A stretch of 62,650 nt of DNA from a virus. Lineage: Duplodnaviria > Caudoviricetes. Below the pieces are notes generated by a model that was given only the letters and a program-made list of their open reading frames with translations, was not told the origin of the DNA and made no database searches. Numbering within the stretch: the first letter of the stretch is position 1; each line of letters starts with the position of its first letter. The translations under genes and the position numbers were made by a program. The stretch is from IMG/VR virus record IMGVR_UViG_3300020044_006256, positions 1 to 62,650 of that record, one strand, 5' to 3'. Of the stretch, positions 35,701 through 45,626 are shown in pieces.

Positions 35701-36801
35701 TTAATTGTTAAGTTGTGATTTAATTCTTCTGTGTCTTTCCAAAGCTGTTTCGATGTGATTTGGGTTTACTGTTTGAACGATTCCTTTTGATGCAGGTGCT
35801 TTGCTTAATTCTAAAACTTCCGCTTTTAAGGTTTCGATTTCTTTTGCTTGTTCGCTGTATTTAATCAAAATTGATTTAATTGCGCTTTCGATTTCAGATG
35901 CTATTTTTGCATCGTTGTCTGCCATATCCATTGAGGCTACCGGAGCAACATCCTCTGTCGCTGCTGGTTCTTCCATCATTGGTTTAACCTCTTTAACGAT
36001 TCCTTCAACTTCAACTACTAAAGTTGTTCCATCTTCCAAAGGATATTCGCCCATTGGTAGAGCAACCTTTGTACCATCTTCGGCTGTGATAAACACATTG
36101 CCATCTGCCATTAAAGTTTCGCCATCAAATTCTATTGTAATAGAACCATCAGCAGTTTTCAGACTTCCTAACTCGATTGCTACTTCTACCTGTTCGGGTT
36201 TAAAAGCTAAAGCAATTTTTGTAGGCAAGTCTTTTAACGCATTTAAAATTTCACTTGTCATATTTATACTTGTTTTTAATTGTACTTCTTCTAAAGAAAG
36301 CATTGCATCGATTGAAAATCCTAATACTTTACCGGTCTTTACATAATCATTCCAAACTTCGTCGCTATCAACTTTCATCGTAGCCATCCAACTTCCTTTT
36401 GGATATGTGAATCCGAAGTTGTTGGATTTGTCGTTTGTTGGGTTTTCGATAATCCAACTTTCTACGAATGTAACGCCATCAATATTCTGCTTTACATCGT
36501 GTTCTATTGTGGAATTTTTTTGAGAGTTTGATTTAAAAAAACCAAAGGATAAATCTTTGATTGTTTGTTCATCAAAAACGATATTAAATTCCTCTCCGTT
36601 TTGATTTCTGTAAATAGGTTTGTTAGGTTCTAAAACTAAACCCATTAAAATCCGTTGTTCAGCATCAACCTCTTTAAGTTGGATATTTTCGTCTTTTGAT
36701 AATGCGATAAATAACCCCTCCATTGCTGGGTTTTCAACTAAAGAAATTCCGTAAACACCTTTATTTAACAAAGGGTTAAATTTTGCAGAAAATGTTTTCA
36801 T
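35701..36801 (-). CDS. Prohead protease (XkdF-like) fused to scaffold
   Basis: ISLVENPAME, PNKPIYR, TIEH, VESW, GFSID, then acidic ALPMGEYPLEDG region. Confidence 0.8.
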   Translation of the reverse strand: MKTFSAKFNPLLNKGVYGISLVENPAMEGLFIALSKDENIQLKEVDAEQRILMGLVLEPNKPIYRNQNGEEFNIVFDEQTIKDLSFGFFKSNSQKNSTIEHDVKQNIDGVTFVESWIIENPTNDKSNNFGFTYPKGSWMATMKVDSDEVWNDYVKTGKVLGFSIDAMLSLEEVQLKTSINMTSEILNALKDLPTKIALAFKPEQVEVAIELGSLKTADGSITIEFDGETLMADGNVFITAEDGTKVALPMGEYPLEDGTTLVVEVEGIVKEVKPMMEEPAATEDVAPVASMDMADNDAKIASEIESAIKSILIKYSEQAKEIETLKAEVLELSKAPASKGIVQTVNPNHIETALERHRRIKSQLNN

Positions 36802-36806
36802 AACTT

Positions 36807-36835
36807 TATAACGAAAAAAGGTTTATACTGTTTCA
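36807..36835 (-). promoter_or_regulatory. Phage B late promoter TGAAACAG-N14-CGTTATA
   Basis: B-type upstream box with A-type downstream box, upstream of the protease. Confidence 0.6.
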
Positions 36836-36845
36836 TTTTTGCACA

Positions 36846-38429
36846 CTACAAACTAGCGTTATTTATAATGTTTCTTTGTAGACTTTGAGCGGTTGTAACT
36901 TGTGAAGCCACAACATACGCTTGGACCGGTTGTCTTTCTGTCGCTAGTCCTTCGGCAATTTGATTACTTCCTGTTCCTTTTACTAGGTTGAAAGATGGAG
37001 CAGGAGCAGAGCCACCTCCTCCTTGACCTCCTCCCGACATTCCTTGCGCTGGGTTTTTACTATCGGACAAAATATCTTTAATCGCTTTACCTGCTCCGAC
37101 TGCTGACAATGCTATTCCTGTAATTGTAGATGCGGTATTCAATCCAACAAAAGGCTGACCTGCTGTCAATGGGGATGCTGCAACCGCTTTCGCATTCGCT
37201 GCTACTAAACTAGAAATAGAAGTACTTGCACTTTGTACTTGTTCTCTAACAATATTTGCTATTGCAATTCCTTTAGCTATTGCACTTCCTTTTTTAAAGA
37301 TTGCTAGTAAAAGGTTTTCTGTATTTTGTCTAGTTGAAACCCTTAAGTTTTTATTTGTTTCTTCTTGCGCTTTTGTTATTGCTGTTTTTTTATCGGCTGC
37401 GGCTTGGTCCGCTTCAATTCCTGTTTGTAATCTGTCAACATCTTCTTGAAGTGCTTTATCCTTATCCGCTTTGTTTTGAGCATCGATTTCTTTTTGTCTG
37501 AACTGTGCTTCATTTGTTGCAATCTGTAAAGAGTTCAATCCTTCCGCTACGCTTTTATCAAACTCCTCCTTTTCTTTTAACGCTTTTTCCCTGTCGGCTG
37601 CTGCATCTTCTCTTGATTTTTTTTGAGCATCAAGTTTAGCTTGTCTACTTGCTTCTAGAGTTGAATTTTGTTTCTCTAAATCAGCAATAGAATCGTCTTG
37701 AGAACGTTTATTATATGCTTGTTGATTTGCTAATAAAGCATCGTTTATTTTTTTTGTTGCTTCAACACTTAATCCTTTTTGGTCTAACTGTTTTAAAAGT
37801 CTTTCTCTTTCATTGATATAATTTTTATATCTTTCATCTCTTGCTTCCGATTCTATTTTAGATAATTCTATTTCACTTTTACCAGCTATTTTTGCTCGTA
37901 AAACTCTTTCCTTTGTCACACCGTCTAATGCTTCGGTTTCGCTTTTATATAAATCCAAACTTGCTTGTAAAGATGTATTTAAGGCATCCTGCGCTTTTTT
38001 CTGCGCTTCGGTTGCATCTGTGCTATCCATCATTTTAGAAATAAGGAAACCTAAAGCAACTACAATAGCACCAATTCCGGAAGTAACCAAAGCAATTCTT
38101 AAAGCTTTCATCGCTCCTGTTGTTGTCCCTACTACTAAAGTGTAAAGTTTTTGCGCTGCTGTTGCTATTGTTGTGCCTTTAGAGAATAATCCGGTTGCTT
38201 CAACTGCATCTTTAACGGTCATTGCTAAACCGCCTGTTACATCGTTTAATAAACCCATTGCACCACCGTTTTCAAGTATAGCGTTTCCACTATCTTTAAA
38301 TCCTTTTGTAGCTTCTTTATTGGTAGAATTTAATTGAGTTATTTTGGAATTAAGTCTATTGATGTCGGCTGTCGCTTTATCACTTCCTTTTATCTTAACA
38401 TCAATGTTTATTTGCTTTTCGATTGCCAT
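36846..38429 (-). CDS. Tail tape measure protein
   Basis: Coiled coil, GIGAIVVALG, C-terminal APSFNLV...NQIAE...QAYVV shared with A. Confidence 0.75.
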   Translation of the reverse strand: MAIEKQINIDVKIKGSDKATADINRLNSKITQLNSTNKEATKGFKDSGNAILENGGAMGLLNDVTGGLAMTVKDAVEATGLFSKGTTIATAAQKLYTLVVGTTTGAMKALRIALVTSGIGAIVVALGFLISKMMDSTDATEAQKKAQDALNTSLQASLDLYKSETEALDGVTKERVLRAKIAGKSEIELSKIESEARDERYKNYINERERLLKQLDQKGLSVEATKKINDALLANQQAYNKRSQDDSIADLEKQNSTLEASRQAKLDAQKKSREDAAADREKALKEKEEFDKSVAEGLNSLQIATNEAQFRQKEIDAQNKADKDKALQEDVDRLQTGIEADQAAADKKTAITKAQEETNKNLRVSTRQNTENLLLAIFKKGSAIAKGIAIANIVREQVQSASTSISSLVAANAKAVAASPLTAGQPFVGLNTASTITGIALSAVGAGKAIKDILSDSKNPAQGMSGGGQGGGGSAPAPSFNLVKGTGSNQIAEGLATERQPVQAYVVASQVTTAQSLQRNIINNASL

Positions 38430-38560
38430 ACTCTGTTTATTTTGTTTTTAAAATCATTCCAACTTGTTACTATTTCGTACTTTCCTTTGGCAATCTCTAT
38501 GCATTCATTATCTCCATAATAATCTAGTTTTTGCAGTAGTTCTATAATGTTTGCTATCAT
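38408..38560 (-). CDS. Small conserved protein (50 aa)
   Basis: Own translation MIANIIELLQKLDYYGDNECIEIAKGKYEIVTSW...; orthologue of 9017..9169. Confidence 0.7.
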   Translation of the reverse strand: MIANIIELLQKLDYYGDNECIEIAKGKYEIVTSWNDFKNKINRVWQSKSK

Positions 38561-40557
38561 ACCGTTATTGTGTTATCAAATGAATTAATTAAATTTAGCT
38601 TTGTTTCTCCGTTTAATAGATTGATGTTGTAGTTATCAATCCTGTAATAGTTATCTTTTATCTTCAACACATCGTTTAATGCTAACTTTGTCATTATATC
38701 CATAGGTAAATAGGCTGTATAAATAAAAGTTCTGCGTTTGATATTAAAAATCGCATTGATATAGTCATCATAATAGTTGTTATAAAGCGTGTTTTCAATC
38801 GTATTACCATCCCATTCGCTAAATTCCTTCCCGAATACTGTTGAAAATAAAACATCTGTTAATGTCATTGTGTGTGATGGTATGTTTATGTTCCCGGTTA
38901 ACTGTGTTTTAGTAGGTGTATCAGTAATAAACGCAACCGTTTTAGTACTTATAGCGGTGTTAATATTATAATAAAGATGCGGAGCAGGATTAACCCCTGC
39001 TATTTGTGCATCAAATACTCCTGCCCATTGCACATTAGTAAGTTCATTATCGTTTAAATCGGGTAATCTTTCATAAACTATCTGCTCAAAAGGAAGTTCA
39101 ATAGTAAAAGCTTCGCCTTCTAACTTAACACCATCCTCATCTTCTAGGATTGCAACTAAATCACCATAAGCGATACCGTTATTTGCTAGGAATTGTGTAT
39201 TTAATAGGGTAGTGGGTGGTGCAAACTTAAAAGAGATTTCATTTAATAGTTTACCACGTTCAACATCATTCTTTCCTAAATCAACATACTTGGTAATGTC
39301 GTAGAAGTTACCGGCTGCGTAAAAGTCAACTAAAGTATTTACATAAATATCGTCGTACTCATTGGCTATAACTACCAATTTAAACATCGAGAATAAACCT
39401 TTTAAAAAGTCTATTGTTTTAATCTTCGGTAGGTTTTGATTAACATAAAAATAAGATGTTAAAGTAACAGCAGTACCATAAACATAATAGTAAGTTAGTG
39501 ATACTCCTGTTTGTAATAACACGTAATACTCCGCATCATACTCAAAATGTTGACCGCTTGTAACTGTGAAATTTACAACTGCTGTTTTATTATTGGGGGT
39601 GTAAACTGCCAAAGCGTGTTGTCCTCCTGTGTATGTTTTTGAACTTGCTATGCTTCCATCAACATAAATATTAATCGTGTAAGGAACGGAATCAAACCCA
39701 GTATTAGGGTCAATAAAAATATGGTGTAAATAATCTGAAGAACAAAGGTTAGCAGGATAAGTGGCTACATCTGTTGTAAAATTAAAATAAGGATTTGAAC
39801 CGGTTGTAAAATCAATCTTTTGTTCAAAGGTTATTTTCTCCGCACCGTTATTCAACCACATAAACAGATTATCAAAAGCAGCATCCCCAAAGAAATCATT
39901 TGAAAAATTTAATCCGTATTTTGTTTCAATCGCTTCAAGTATTTTATTAACTCTAATTGATGGGTTTAAATCATTCCATTTGATTCCAACAGCAGCACCA
40001 CCACCCCAAGCAATATTCGCTAGTGTTGGTGTGTTTGTATTATCACCTGAATCATTATTGTAATAGTATTGCTTTTTAGCAAATAGGCTATAAACTAAAT
40101 CGCCACTAAATAAAGAAGATGTTAACCCGGTATTTACATTACTAGAATTATACTCATGGTCATAATCCGACAAATCTAAATCGCTTAATAAATCATCTTT
40201 TAATTTATCTTTAATACTTACTAAATTACCTGTAAAGTTTATTGTGTATGATGTTGGATTGCCTCCCGACATTGCAACCTTTGTCAAACTCCATTTACCT
40301 GTTTTAAAAGGAAAGCCATCGAGTTCTATTCTACCCTTTACAGGAACACGAGCATCAAATGTATTATCGACATTCGGGTCGTAGTAATGCTTAAAAATAC
40401 GGTTATTAATTTCAGATGCTGGGACAGTAAAACCCTGCGTGAAATCGGTTGTATTCTTTGAAATATCATTAATGGAAGTAACGGATGAAGTAAGGTTTAT
40501 ATTTTCATCCTTATACAAATCTAGCCTATCCTCTCCGATGTATATTTTTGTAATCAT
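38557..40557 (-). CDS. Large tail tip/hub protein
   Basis: Orthologue of 9166..11781. Confidence 0.65.
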   Translation of the reverse strand: MITKIYIGEDRLDLYKDENINLTSSVTSINDISKNTTDFTQGFTVPASEINNRIFKHYYDPNVDNTFDARVPVKGRIELDGFPFKTGKWSLTKVAMSGGNPTSYTINFTGNLVSIKDKLKDDLLSDLDLSDYDHEYNSSNVNTGLTSSLFSGDLVYSLFAKKQYYYNNDSGDNTNTPTLANIAWGGGAAVGIKWNDLNPSIRVNKILEAIETKYGLNFSNDFFGDAAFDNLFMWLNNGAEKITFEQKIDFTTGSNPYFNFTTDVATYPANLCSSDYLHHIFIDPNTGFDSVPYTINIYVDGSIASSKTYTGGQHALAVYTPNNKTAVVNFTVTSGQHFEYDAEYYVLLQTGVSLTYYYVYGTAVTLTSYFYVNQNLPKIKTIDFLKGLFSMFKLVVIANEYDDIYVNTLVDFYAAGNFYDITKYVDLGKNDVERGKLLNEISFKFAPPTTLLNTQFLANNGIAYGDLVAILEDEDGVKLEGEAFTIELPFEQIVYERLPDLNDNELTNVQWAGVFDAQIAGVNPAPHLYYNINTAISTKTVAFITDTPTKTQLTGNINIPSHTMTLTDVLFSTVFGKEFSEWDGNTIENTLYNNYYDDYINAIFNIKRRTFIYTAYLPMDIMTKLALNDVLKIKDNYYRIDNYNINLLNGETKLNLINSFDNTITV

Positions 40558-41138
40558 TAAATATTGTTTATTTCATTGAATGCGTATTCAAATTCAACTT
40601 CATAATTAATTAACCGGTCCTTTTGTCTAGTCTTATACTCAATAGATTTACTGCCTAAATTCAAAGGAGTATAAACACCATCTTTCAACTCCCAAACTCT
40701 TGAAGATAAAAACAACTGTTTAAATGTTTCGTTTAAATCTTCTGTTACAAATCCGCTATTCATTTTAAAGGTTGATTTGCCTTGTACGTTGTACCTAACA
40801 AATTGATGGTTTCCTGCTAATGCCTGGCCTCTGTCACTTTCGAAGCTGTCACTTGTTACATTCATTGATTCCGTTGATGCTTTGAAAAAAGAAAGTACTT
40901 GCATTTCGCCTTCTTTATTTTGAAAACAAATATCAATCGGGGTGTATCTGCATTCATCTGTAATTAATAGAGTAGTGGTAACCCCATTAAAGACAATCTC
41001 GACATAAGAATCTGTTGTACAAGTTGAAACATCAACCCAAATATTCTGCACTAATTCGCTACTGATTAACGATGTCGGCTCAACTATTGTTTCATTTATT
41101 TGATTATCCGGATAGGATATAATTGTTATGTCTGCCAT
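40557..41138 (-). CDS. Tail structural protein, C-terminal half
   Basis: DECRYTP...FFKAS...INYEVEFEYA matches the C-terminus of 11781..12854. Confidence 0.6.
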   Translation of the reverse strand: MADITIISYPDNQINETIVEPTSLISSELVQNIWVDVSTCTTDSYVEIVFNGVTTTLLITDECRYTPIDICFQNKEGEMQVLSFFKASTESMNVTSDSFESDRGQALAGNHQFVRYNVQGKSTFKMNSGFVTEDLNETFKQLFLSSRVWELKDGVYTPLNLGSKSIEYKTRQKDRLINYEVEFEYAFNEINNI

Positions 41139-41139
41139 A

Positions 41140-41904
41140 TTATGTGATTGTTAAAACGTAAATATTAGAAGAAACTACCTCGTTGTTGATTGTGTCATAC
41201 GTAAATAATTGAACATCGTAATCTCCGGGAACAATAGGAAGTTCAACATTGAAAGGGGATGCTGTTACAACTTCTAAACCTAGAGTCCAAACCGTTGAAG
41301 GTTGCAATCTATATTGGTAAAGTATATCGTCGTGTGTTCCGCTTTCAGTATAAGTAATGTCGTATAATGGTGCAGCATCTTCGGTTATATCGGTTATTTC
41401 TAAAGTTGCTAAAGGAGTTGTCGTTTCTTGAATAAGAATAGGCAGATTAAAAAAACCGTTTCTTTGTACTTTAAACTCTGTGCCTTCAAGTAATATTCTG
41501 TTAGCAGGTGTTGATGTGTTTTCGCCATCCATTCCGTAAGCGTAACCCTTAACCATTAACTCCGTTTGAATTAATGTAGGTATTAAATCCGCTGGTTGTC
41601 CTGTTGTGAATTTAACTTGCGTTCTTACCCAAATTTGATTGTCGGCATTATATAAATCCGTTACTGTCATAGCTACCGGAGTAAAGTCTATAAAGTCAGA
41701 TATTAACCTAGCGATATTAACCCTATCATTCCCGGTTGATGCTGTTGGATTCTTTTTGGTTATCTCATAAGTTGTGGTTGCCGGAACTGCTGTTTTATCC
41801 CCATTCCAAATATAAATCTGTAAAGTGTAAGATGTGCAGGTTGTCGATGTGGCTGGAGCAACAAACGGAATCGTTAAATAATAAGGCGATAAACTTTTAA
41901 TCAT
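41140..41904 (-). CDS. Tail structural protein, N-terminal half with Ig/FN3-like tail
   Basis: SLSPY...IYIW matches the N-terminus of 11781..12854; extra beta-rich C-terminus. Confidence 0.55.
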   Translation of the reverse strand: MIKSLSPYYLTIPFVAPATSTTCTSYTLQIYIWNGDKTAVPATTTYEITKKNPTASTGNDRVNIARLISDFIDFTPVAMTVTDLYNADNQIWVRTQVKFTTGQPADLIPTLIQTELMVKGYAYGMDGENTSTPANRILLEGTEFKVQRNGFFNLPILIQETTTPLATLEITDITEDAAPLYDITYTESGTHDDILYQYRLQPSTVWTLGLEVVTASPFNVELPIVPGDYDVQLFTYDTINNEVVSSNIYVLTIT

Positions 41905-42428
41905 TTCAAAGTGTATTTTAATAAATTGTCTAAATCTAAATCGTAAGCTGTAACCAAATCATCACTTAATTTATTGAATGCTTGTTCAAATGGTTTGGTA
42001 AAGAAGTTTGTAGTTTCTATACCGGTGTGAAATATCGAAGTAGCAACCGCAAATTTTACCGATGATCTCGATTGCATTTGTCCTTTTGCATTTCTACCGA
42101 CAAAACCTTTTCTCAATACCCATCCATCTAATGCTTTTGTGGGTGGTTTTTTAGTAGTATATTTAAATGGACTAGATGTAACGGTTTTCATTTTCCAACT
42201 GCTTCCATCCGCTTTTGAACCTCCAACTCCTTTTACACCTTTGTCTATAAACTCCCAATAGTCTGCCATCGTAAAAGATAACTGAAAACTATTTTTTGAA
42301 ACCTTTAACTCATACCCAATGCTGTTGTATAATTCTCCGGTATCTTTTTTTTTCTTCTTTGCTAAATTGGATTTAGATTGCTGTACTATAAACTTTCCAA
42401 ACTTATCTAACTCCTGTTGCACTAACAT
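41901..42428 (-). CDS. Neck/tail completion protein (HK97 gp10-like)
   Basis: KKKDTGELYNS, FIDKGVKGVGG. Confidence 0.6.
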   Translation of the reverse strand: MLVQQELDKFGKFIVQQSKSNLAKKKKKDTGELYNSIGYELKVSKNSFQLSFTMADYWEFIDKGVKGVGGSKADGSSWKMKTVTSSPFKYTTKKPPTKALDGWVLRKGFVGRNAKGQMQSRSSVKFAVATSIFHTGIETTNFFTKPFEQAFNKLSDDLVTAYDLDLDNLLKYTLK

Positions 42429-42880
42429 AAAGCAATGGTTGTATTAGGCATTTCAACATCAAATGATAATATCCATCCATCCAATAAATTTGAACGCTCA
42501 AACGATACGATTTCAAGTGATGGTGCTTCCGATGCTGTGATGTCATTCTCTGCGAAATCTGTAAACATCTTTAACCAAATGCGGTTTAAAATTGCTAATG
42601 TTTCATTGTGATTATCTACTTCATTATCCTGCTCCCAAAACTTATCATCTCGAAGTTCCGTATTAATATCTCGCACATCAAACGCTCCGACTTGCACACT
42701 AAATTTTAAAGTTTGTCCGTTTGTAAATCCTGCGGAAACCACATTGATATGAACCAATGGAAAGATGTTCGCTTTATCCAAATCCAACTTTTCAAAGTCC
42801 CCTTTAGTAACTGTTGAAACTAAAGAATCTGCATCCGCTAATGATTTGATGTAGTAAAGTAGTTGCGTGTATTGGTTCAT
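42422..42880 (-). CDS. Tail terminator-like protein
   Basis: IFPLVHI; orthologue of 13395..13868. Confidence 0.55.
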   Translation of the reverse strand: MNQYTQLLYYIKSLADADSLVSTVTKGDFEKLDLDKANIFPLVHINVVSAGFTNGQTLKFSVQVGAFDVRDINTELRDDKFWEQDNEVDNHNETLAILNRIWLKMFTDFAENDITASEAPSLEIVSFERSNLLDGWILSFDVEMPNTTIALC

Positions 42881-43152
42881 AATTCTATTGTGTTTGTATT
42901 GTGTGCCTGTTTCATTATCGATGCCTTTAACTTCTGCTTGTCAATCTTATGTGCTAGGTACAAATGGATTTCGTGAATGTTTAATCCTAAAACTTTATTG
43001 TACTTTAAAATGTTCCCTTTTGCTAGTTCATCGATGGTTGCATACCATCCCCATTTGACAAAATAGTTCGATGCGGATTTTCCTTCGCTAGTTCCTCCGC
43101 TGTATATCTCTGGATATAGTTCAGTAATTCGTTCGATAAATTCGAAAAAAAA
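42877..43152 (-). CDS. -1 frameshift extension of tail assembly chaperone (no own start codon)
   Basis: Own translation FFFEFIERITELYPEIYSGG...KWGWYATIDELAKGN...LNIHEIHLYLAHKIDKQKLKA; homologous to 13858..14127. Confidence 0.75.
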   Translation of the reverse strand, partial: FFFEFIERITELYPEIYSGGTSEGKSASNYFVKWGWYATIDELAKGNILKYNKVLGLNIHEIHLYLAHKIDKQKLKASIMKQAHNTNTIEL

Positions 43153-43634
43153 ACCAGCGCCCCATTTACAACTGATAAAGGCATTAACTTCATTATCTCG
43201 GTCATTCCTTCCGTGCCTCTATAAATATCAATTTTGTAATTCTTAAAGGAATCAAACTTTGTGATTGGTCGAAATAGTATAGCCATTACATAATGTAAAT
43301 TCTCGATGTCCGTTCCGTACTTTGATAAATCGGCAAACTCTCCGCCTGTCATTTTATCGAGATTAGGCACAAAGCCAAACTCTACATCGTCAATAAAGAA
43401 TCTGTTTCTAAATTCAACGGTTTGATTAAGTGCTTTATCAATTTGAATAATCATATCATCAATATCTTTCTTTTTGACATTAACAACTTCCTGCGTCTTT
43501 AAGTTTGTGAAGATTGCAATCTTACGCTGATTGAATTGGAACTCATCTAAACCCTCACGTTTAGACAATAGAATGTATCTTTGGTATTGGTCCAAAGTTA
43601 TATCGTTGATGCTTTCGGGTAATGTTACTTTCAT
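43023..43634 (-). CDS. Tail assembly chaperone (G-like)
   Basis: Start MKVTLPES; EFGFVPNLD, LFRP, VFF. Confidence 0.65.
   Translation of the reverse strand: MKVTLPESINDITLDQYQRYILLSKREGLDEFQFNQRKIAIFTNLKTQEVVNVKKKDIDDMIIQIDKALNQTVEFRNRFFIDDVEFGFVPNLDKMTGGEFADLSKYGTDIENLHYVMAILFRPITKFDSFKNYKIDIYRGTEGMTEIMKLMPLSVVNGALVFFSNLSNELLNYIQRYTAEELAKENPHRTILSNGDGMQPSMN
43145..43155 (-). other. Slippery site GGTTTTTTTTT (-1 programmed frameshift)
   Basis: Nine T at the same VFF codons as in phage A. Confidence 0.75.
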
Positions 43635-43640
43635 ATTTAT

Positions 43641-43668
43641 TAAATACAAAAAACCCGATTCTGTTTCA
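43641..43668 (-). promoter_or_regulatory. Phage B late promoter TGAAACAG-N12-TGTATTTA
   Basis: Matches 34010-34037. Confidence 0.65.
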
Positions 43669-44871
43669 AAGAATTTCTATTCCGTAGCTTCCTGATAAGT
43701 GATAGGTAACTACATAACGCAATGGGTCAATAAGGTGGTTATAATCGTCGATGTATAAACTCGACTTCTTATCGGTGTAAACAAAGTTGTTAAACTCTTT
43801 CCCTAAATTACTTGAATCTTCATCTACTATAATTGTGTAGTCTAGTAGCAAAGCGATTCCGTGAGTAATTGAACCTGCGCCTTTTTCTGCTCCGATAATA
43901 TTACAACCTAGCGATTGTAATTCGCTTATTAAACGTGGCTCTGCTGAATCCCCAATGATTAACTGATTACCACAAACCGTTCTATTAACGTGTGCTATTT
44001 CTGTTGTGGTTAATTTAGCTTTGTAAAGATGTTCTTTGCAGTAGATAATCTTTTTACGCTTATCAATAGCAACTTCAATTAGTGTTGTAGGATCAATACT
44101 AAATCCGTAATCCTGCCCAAAGGAAGTTTGTAAGTTATCCGGATTGAACCTTCCGTAATTCCAATTCGAGAAAACAACACCCTCCGCTTTGTCAAGCCAT
44201 CCGCCCATTACTGTATGAGCGTACTTCTTTGGGTTATGTATTTTTATTCTTTCAATCTCATTGATGAAGCTTTCATCTAGGTTATCAATGTTATCTAGGT
44301 AGGTAGTATGAATATAAGTAACATCGTCTTTAACGCCATTGAATCCTTCCTGAACTCCAACGCTTTCAAAGAACCTTTTATAAATCCAATGCTCTTTTGT
44401 TGCAGGATTTAAGATTAAGATAATACGGTTTTGTTTTCCCTTTTGTCTAATGGATAGGTTTATCTTATCGAATACGGATTCGTCAACAAGTTCTTCTGCT
44501 TCATCTAATATCCAAGTTGTAACACCTTGTAATGATTTAAGATTTGCGGTTTGGTCTCCGCTTGAAGTCTTTATCCCTTTAAAGATTATTTCACTTTTAG
44601 AATAGTTATGTTTAATCTCGGATTTATTAACTTCAAATAAAGGATTTAATCCCATTAAATCAATCTTCTCTTGAAACTCCGGAATGATTGAAAGGTGTGC
44701 AGATGTCATTGTCTGCCGAGTAAATAGTATTTTATGCCCAGCTTCAAAAGATAATCCACAAAGATAAGATGCAACTCCAAAAGATTTGGAAGAACCCCGC
44801 CCTCCTGTTATAATGAAATACCTTGTTTCGTTTTCTACTAAAGGATAATATTTACTACTTAAGGTTATCAA
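43666..44871 (-). CDS. terL: Terminase large subunit (PBSX-like)
   Basis: GGRGSSKS, LDEAEE, LNP, GQDYG, GDSAEP, NHLIDP. Confidence 0.95.
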   Translation of the reverse strand: MITLSSKYYPLVENETRYFIITGGRGSSKSFGVASYLCGLSFEAGHKILFTRQTMTSAHLSIIPEFQEKIDLMGLNPLFEVNKSEIKHNYSKSEIIFKGIKTSSGDQTANLKSLQGVTTWILDEAEELVDESVFDKINLSIRQKGKQNRIILILNPATKEHWIYKRFFESVGVQEGFNGVKDDVTYIHTTYLDNIDNLDESFINEIERIKIHNPKKYAHTVMGGWLDKAEGVVFSNWNYGRFNPDNLQTSFGQDYGFSIDPTTLIEVAIDKRKKIIYCKEHLYKAKLTTTEIAHVNRTVCGNQLIIGDSAEPRLISELQSLGCNIIGAEKGAGSITHGIALLLDYTIIVDEDSSNLGKEFNNFVYTDKKSSLYIDDYNHLIDPLRYVVTYHLSGSYGIEIL

Positions 44872-45151
44872 ATTTTAATACTTCCTTTAGATTAAAATCG
44901 TTGATATTTAAATCTGTGCTTTGATTTATTGTTTGGGTAGGCATTCCGTAAAAGTATTTAAACCATAATTCTACTGCCCAGCGTTCGCCACCTTTTATTG
45001 CGTTGCCTAAAACATCGTGTGCTTGTTCGCTAAATGGACTTATGTTTTCAATCAACTTTTGATTATCTGATTTAGTTGACAATCTTAAATCGTTTGGCTT
45101 TGTTGCTTTTGTTGAATTACCACCGTTAAATTTTCTTTTATCCATAATCAA
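44855..45151 (-). CDS. terS: Terminase small subunit (putative)
   Basis: DKRKFNGG...WAVELWFKYFYGMP; overlaps terL start. Confidence 0.6.
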   Translation of the reverse strand: MIMDKRKFNGGNSTKATKPNDLRLSTKSDNQKLIENISPFSEQAHDVLGNAIKGGERWAVELWFKYFYGMPTQTINQSTDLNINDFNLKEVLKFDNLK

Positions 45152-45170
45152 TACAAATCAATTAATTGAT

Positions 45171-45353
45171 TTAATTTAAATAATAATTCGCTATCTTAAC
45201 ACCACAGGATACCTTTACCTTGTGTCCTAATTCCTTACATAGTTTTTTATAGTTATCATTAGATAAGAATATTGCTTTAGGTATTGGATTGCTTAAAGCT
45301 AAATCACTTCTTAACTGATTGTAAACTGGTCTACTTATTTGTTTTACTCGCAT
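45171..45353 (-). CDS. Hypothetical protein
   Basis: ORF in operon context. Confidence 0.45.
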   Translation of the reverse strand: MRVKQISRPVYNQLRSDLALSNPIPKAIFLSNDNYKKLCKELGHKVKVSCGVKIANYYLN

Positions 45354-45610
45354 ACTACTTTAGCGTGATTATAGTTTTGATTCGATACTGCATACATAAT
45401 TCCCCAAGTGTCGTTCACGCAATCAAATGCGTTATTCTGTTCCGAAAACATAAACTCGGTTATCATACTTTCCCCTCCAGGGGCAGGATAAATTAAATAG
45501 TACTCCGTTCTGCAATTACAATCTCCATTGGGTGCTATTGATGTTTTAGCTTGGTCTGTTGAGCAGCTGAATAACAATCCGGCTACACTTAATAATAATA
45601 GTTTTTTCAT
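45344..45610 (-). CDS. Small lipoprotein
   Basis: MKKLLLLSVAGLLFSC lipobox; CNC motif. Confidence 0.65.
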   Translation of the reverse strand: MKKLLLLSVAGLLFSCSTDQAKTSIAPNGDCNCRTEYYLIYPAPGGESMITEFMFSEQNNAFDCVNDTWGIMYAVSNQNYNHAKVVCE

Positions 45611-45626
45611 TTTGTTTCATTTTTGG

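Noticed and set aside
710-45496. Plus-strand ORFs in the ORF track across the minus-strand operons (e.g. 4820..5083, 5776..6108, 24630..25052, 35801..36346)
   Set aside because: Antisense shadows of well-supported minus-strand genes, with no motifs and no consistent conservation between A and B.
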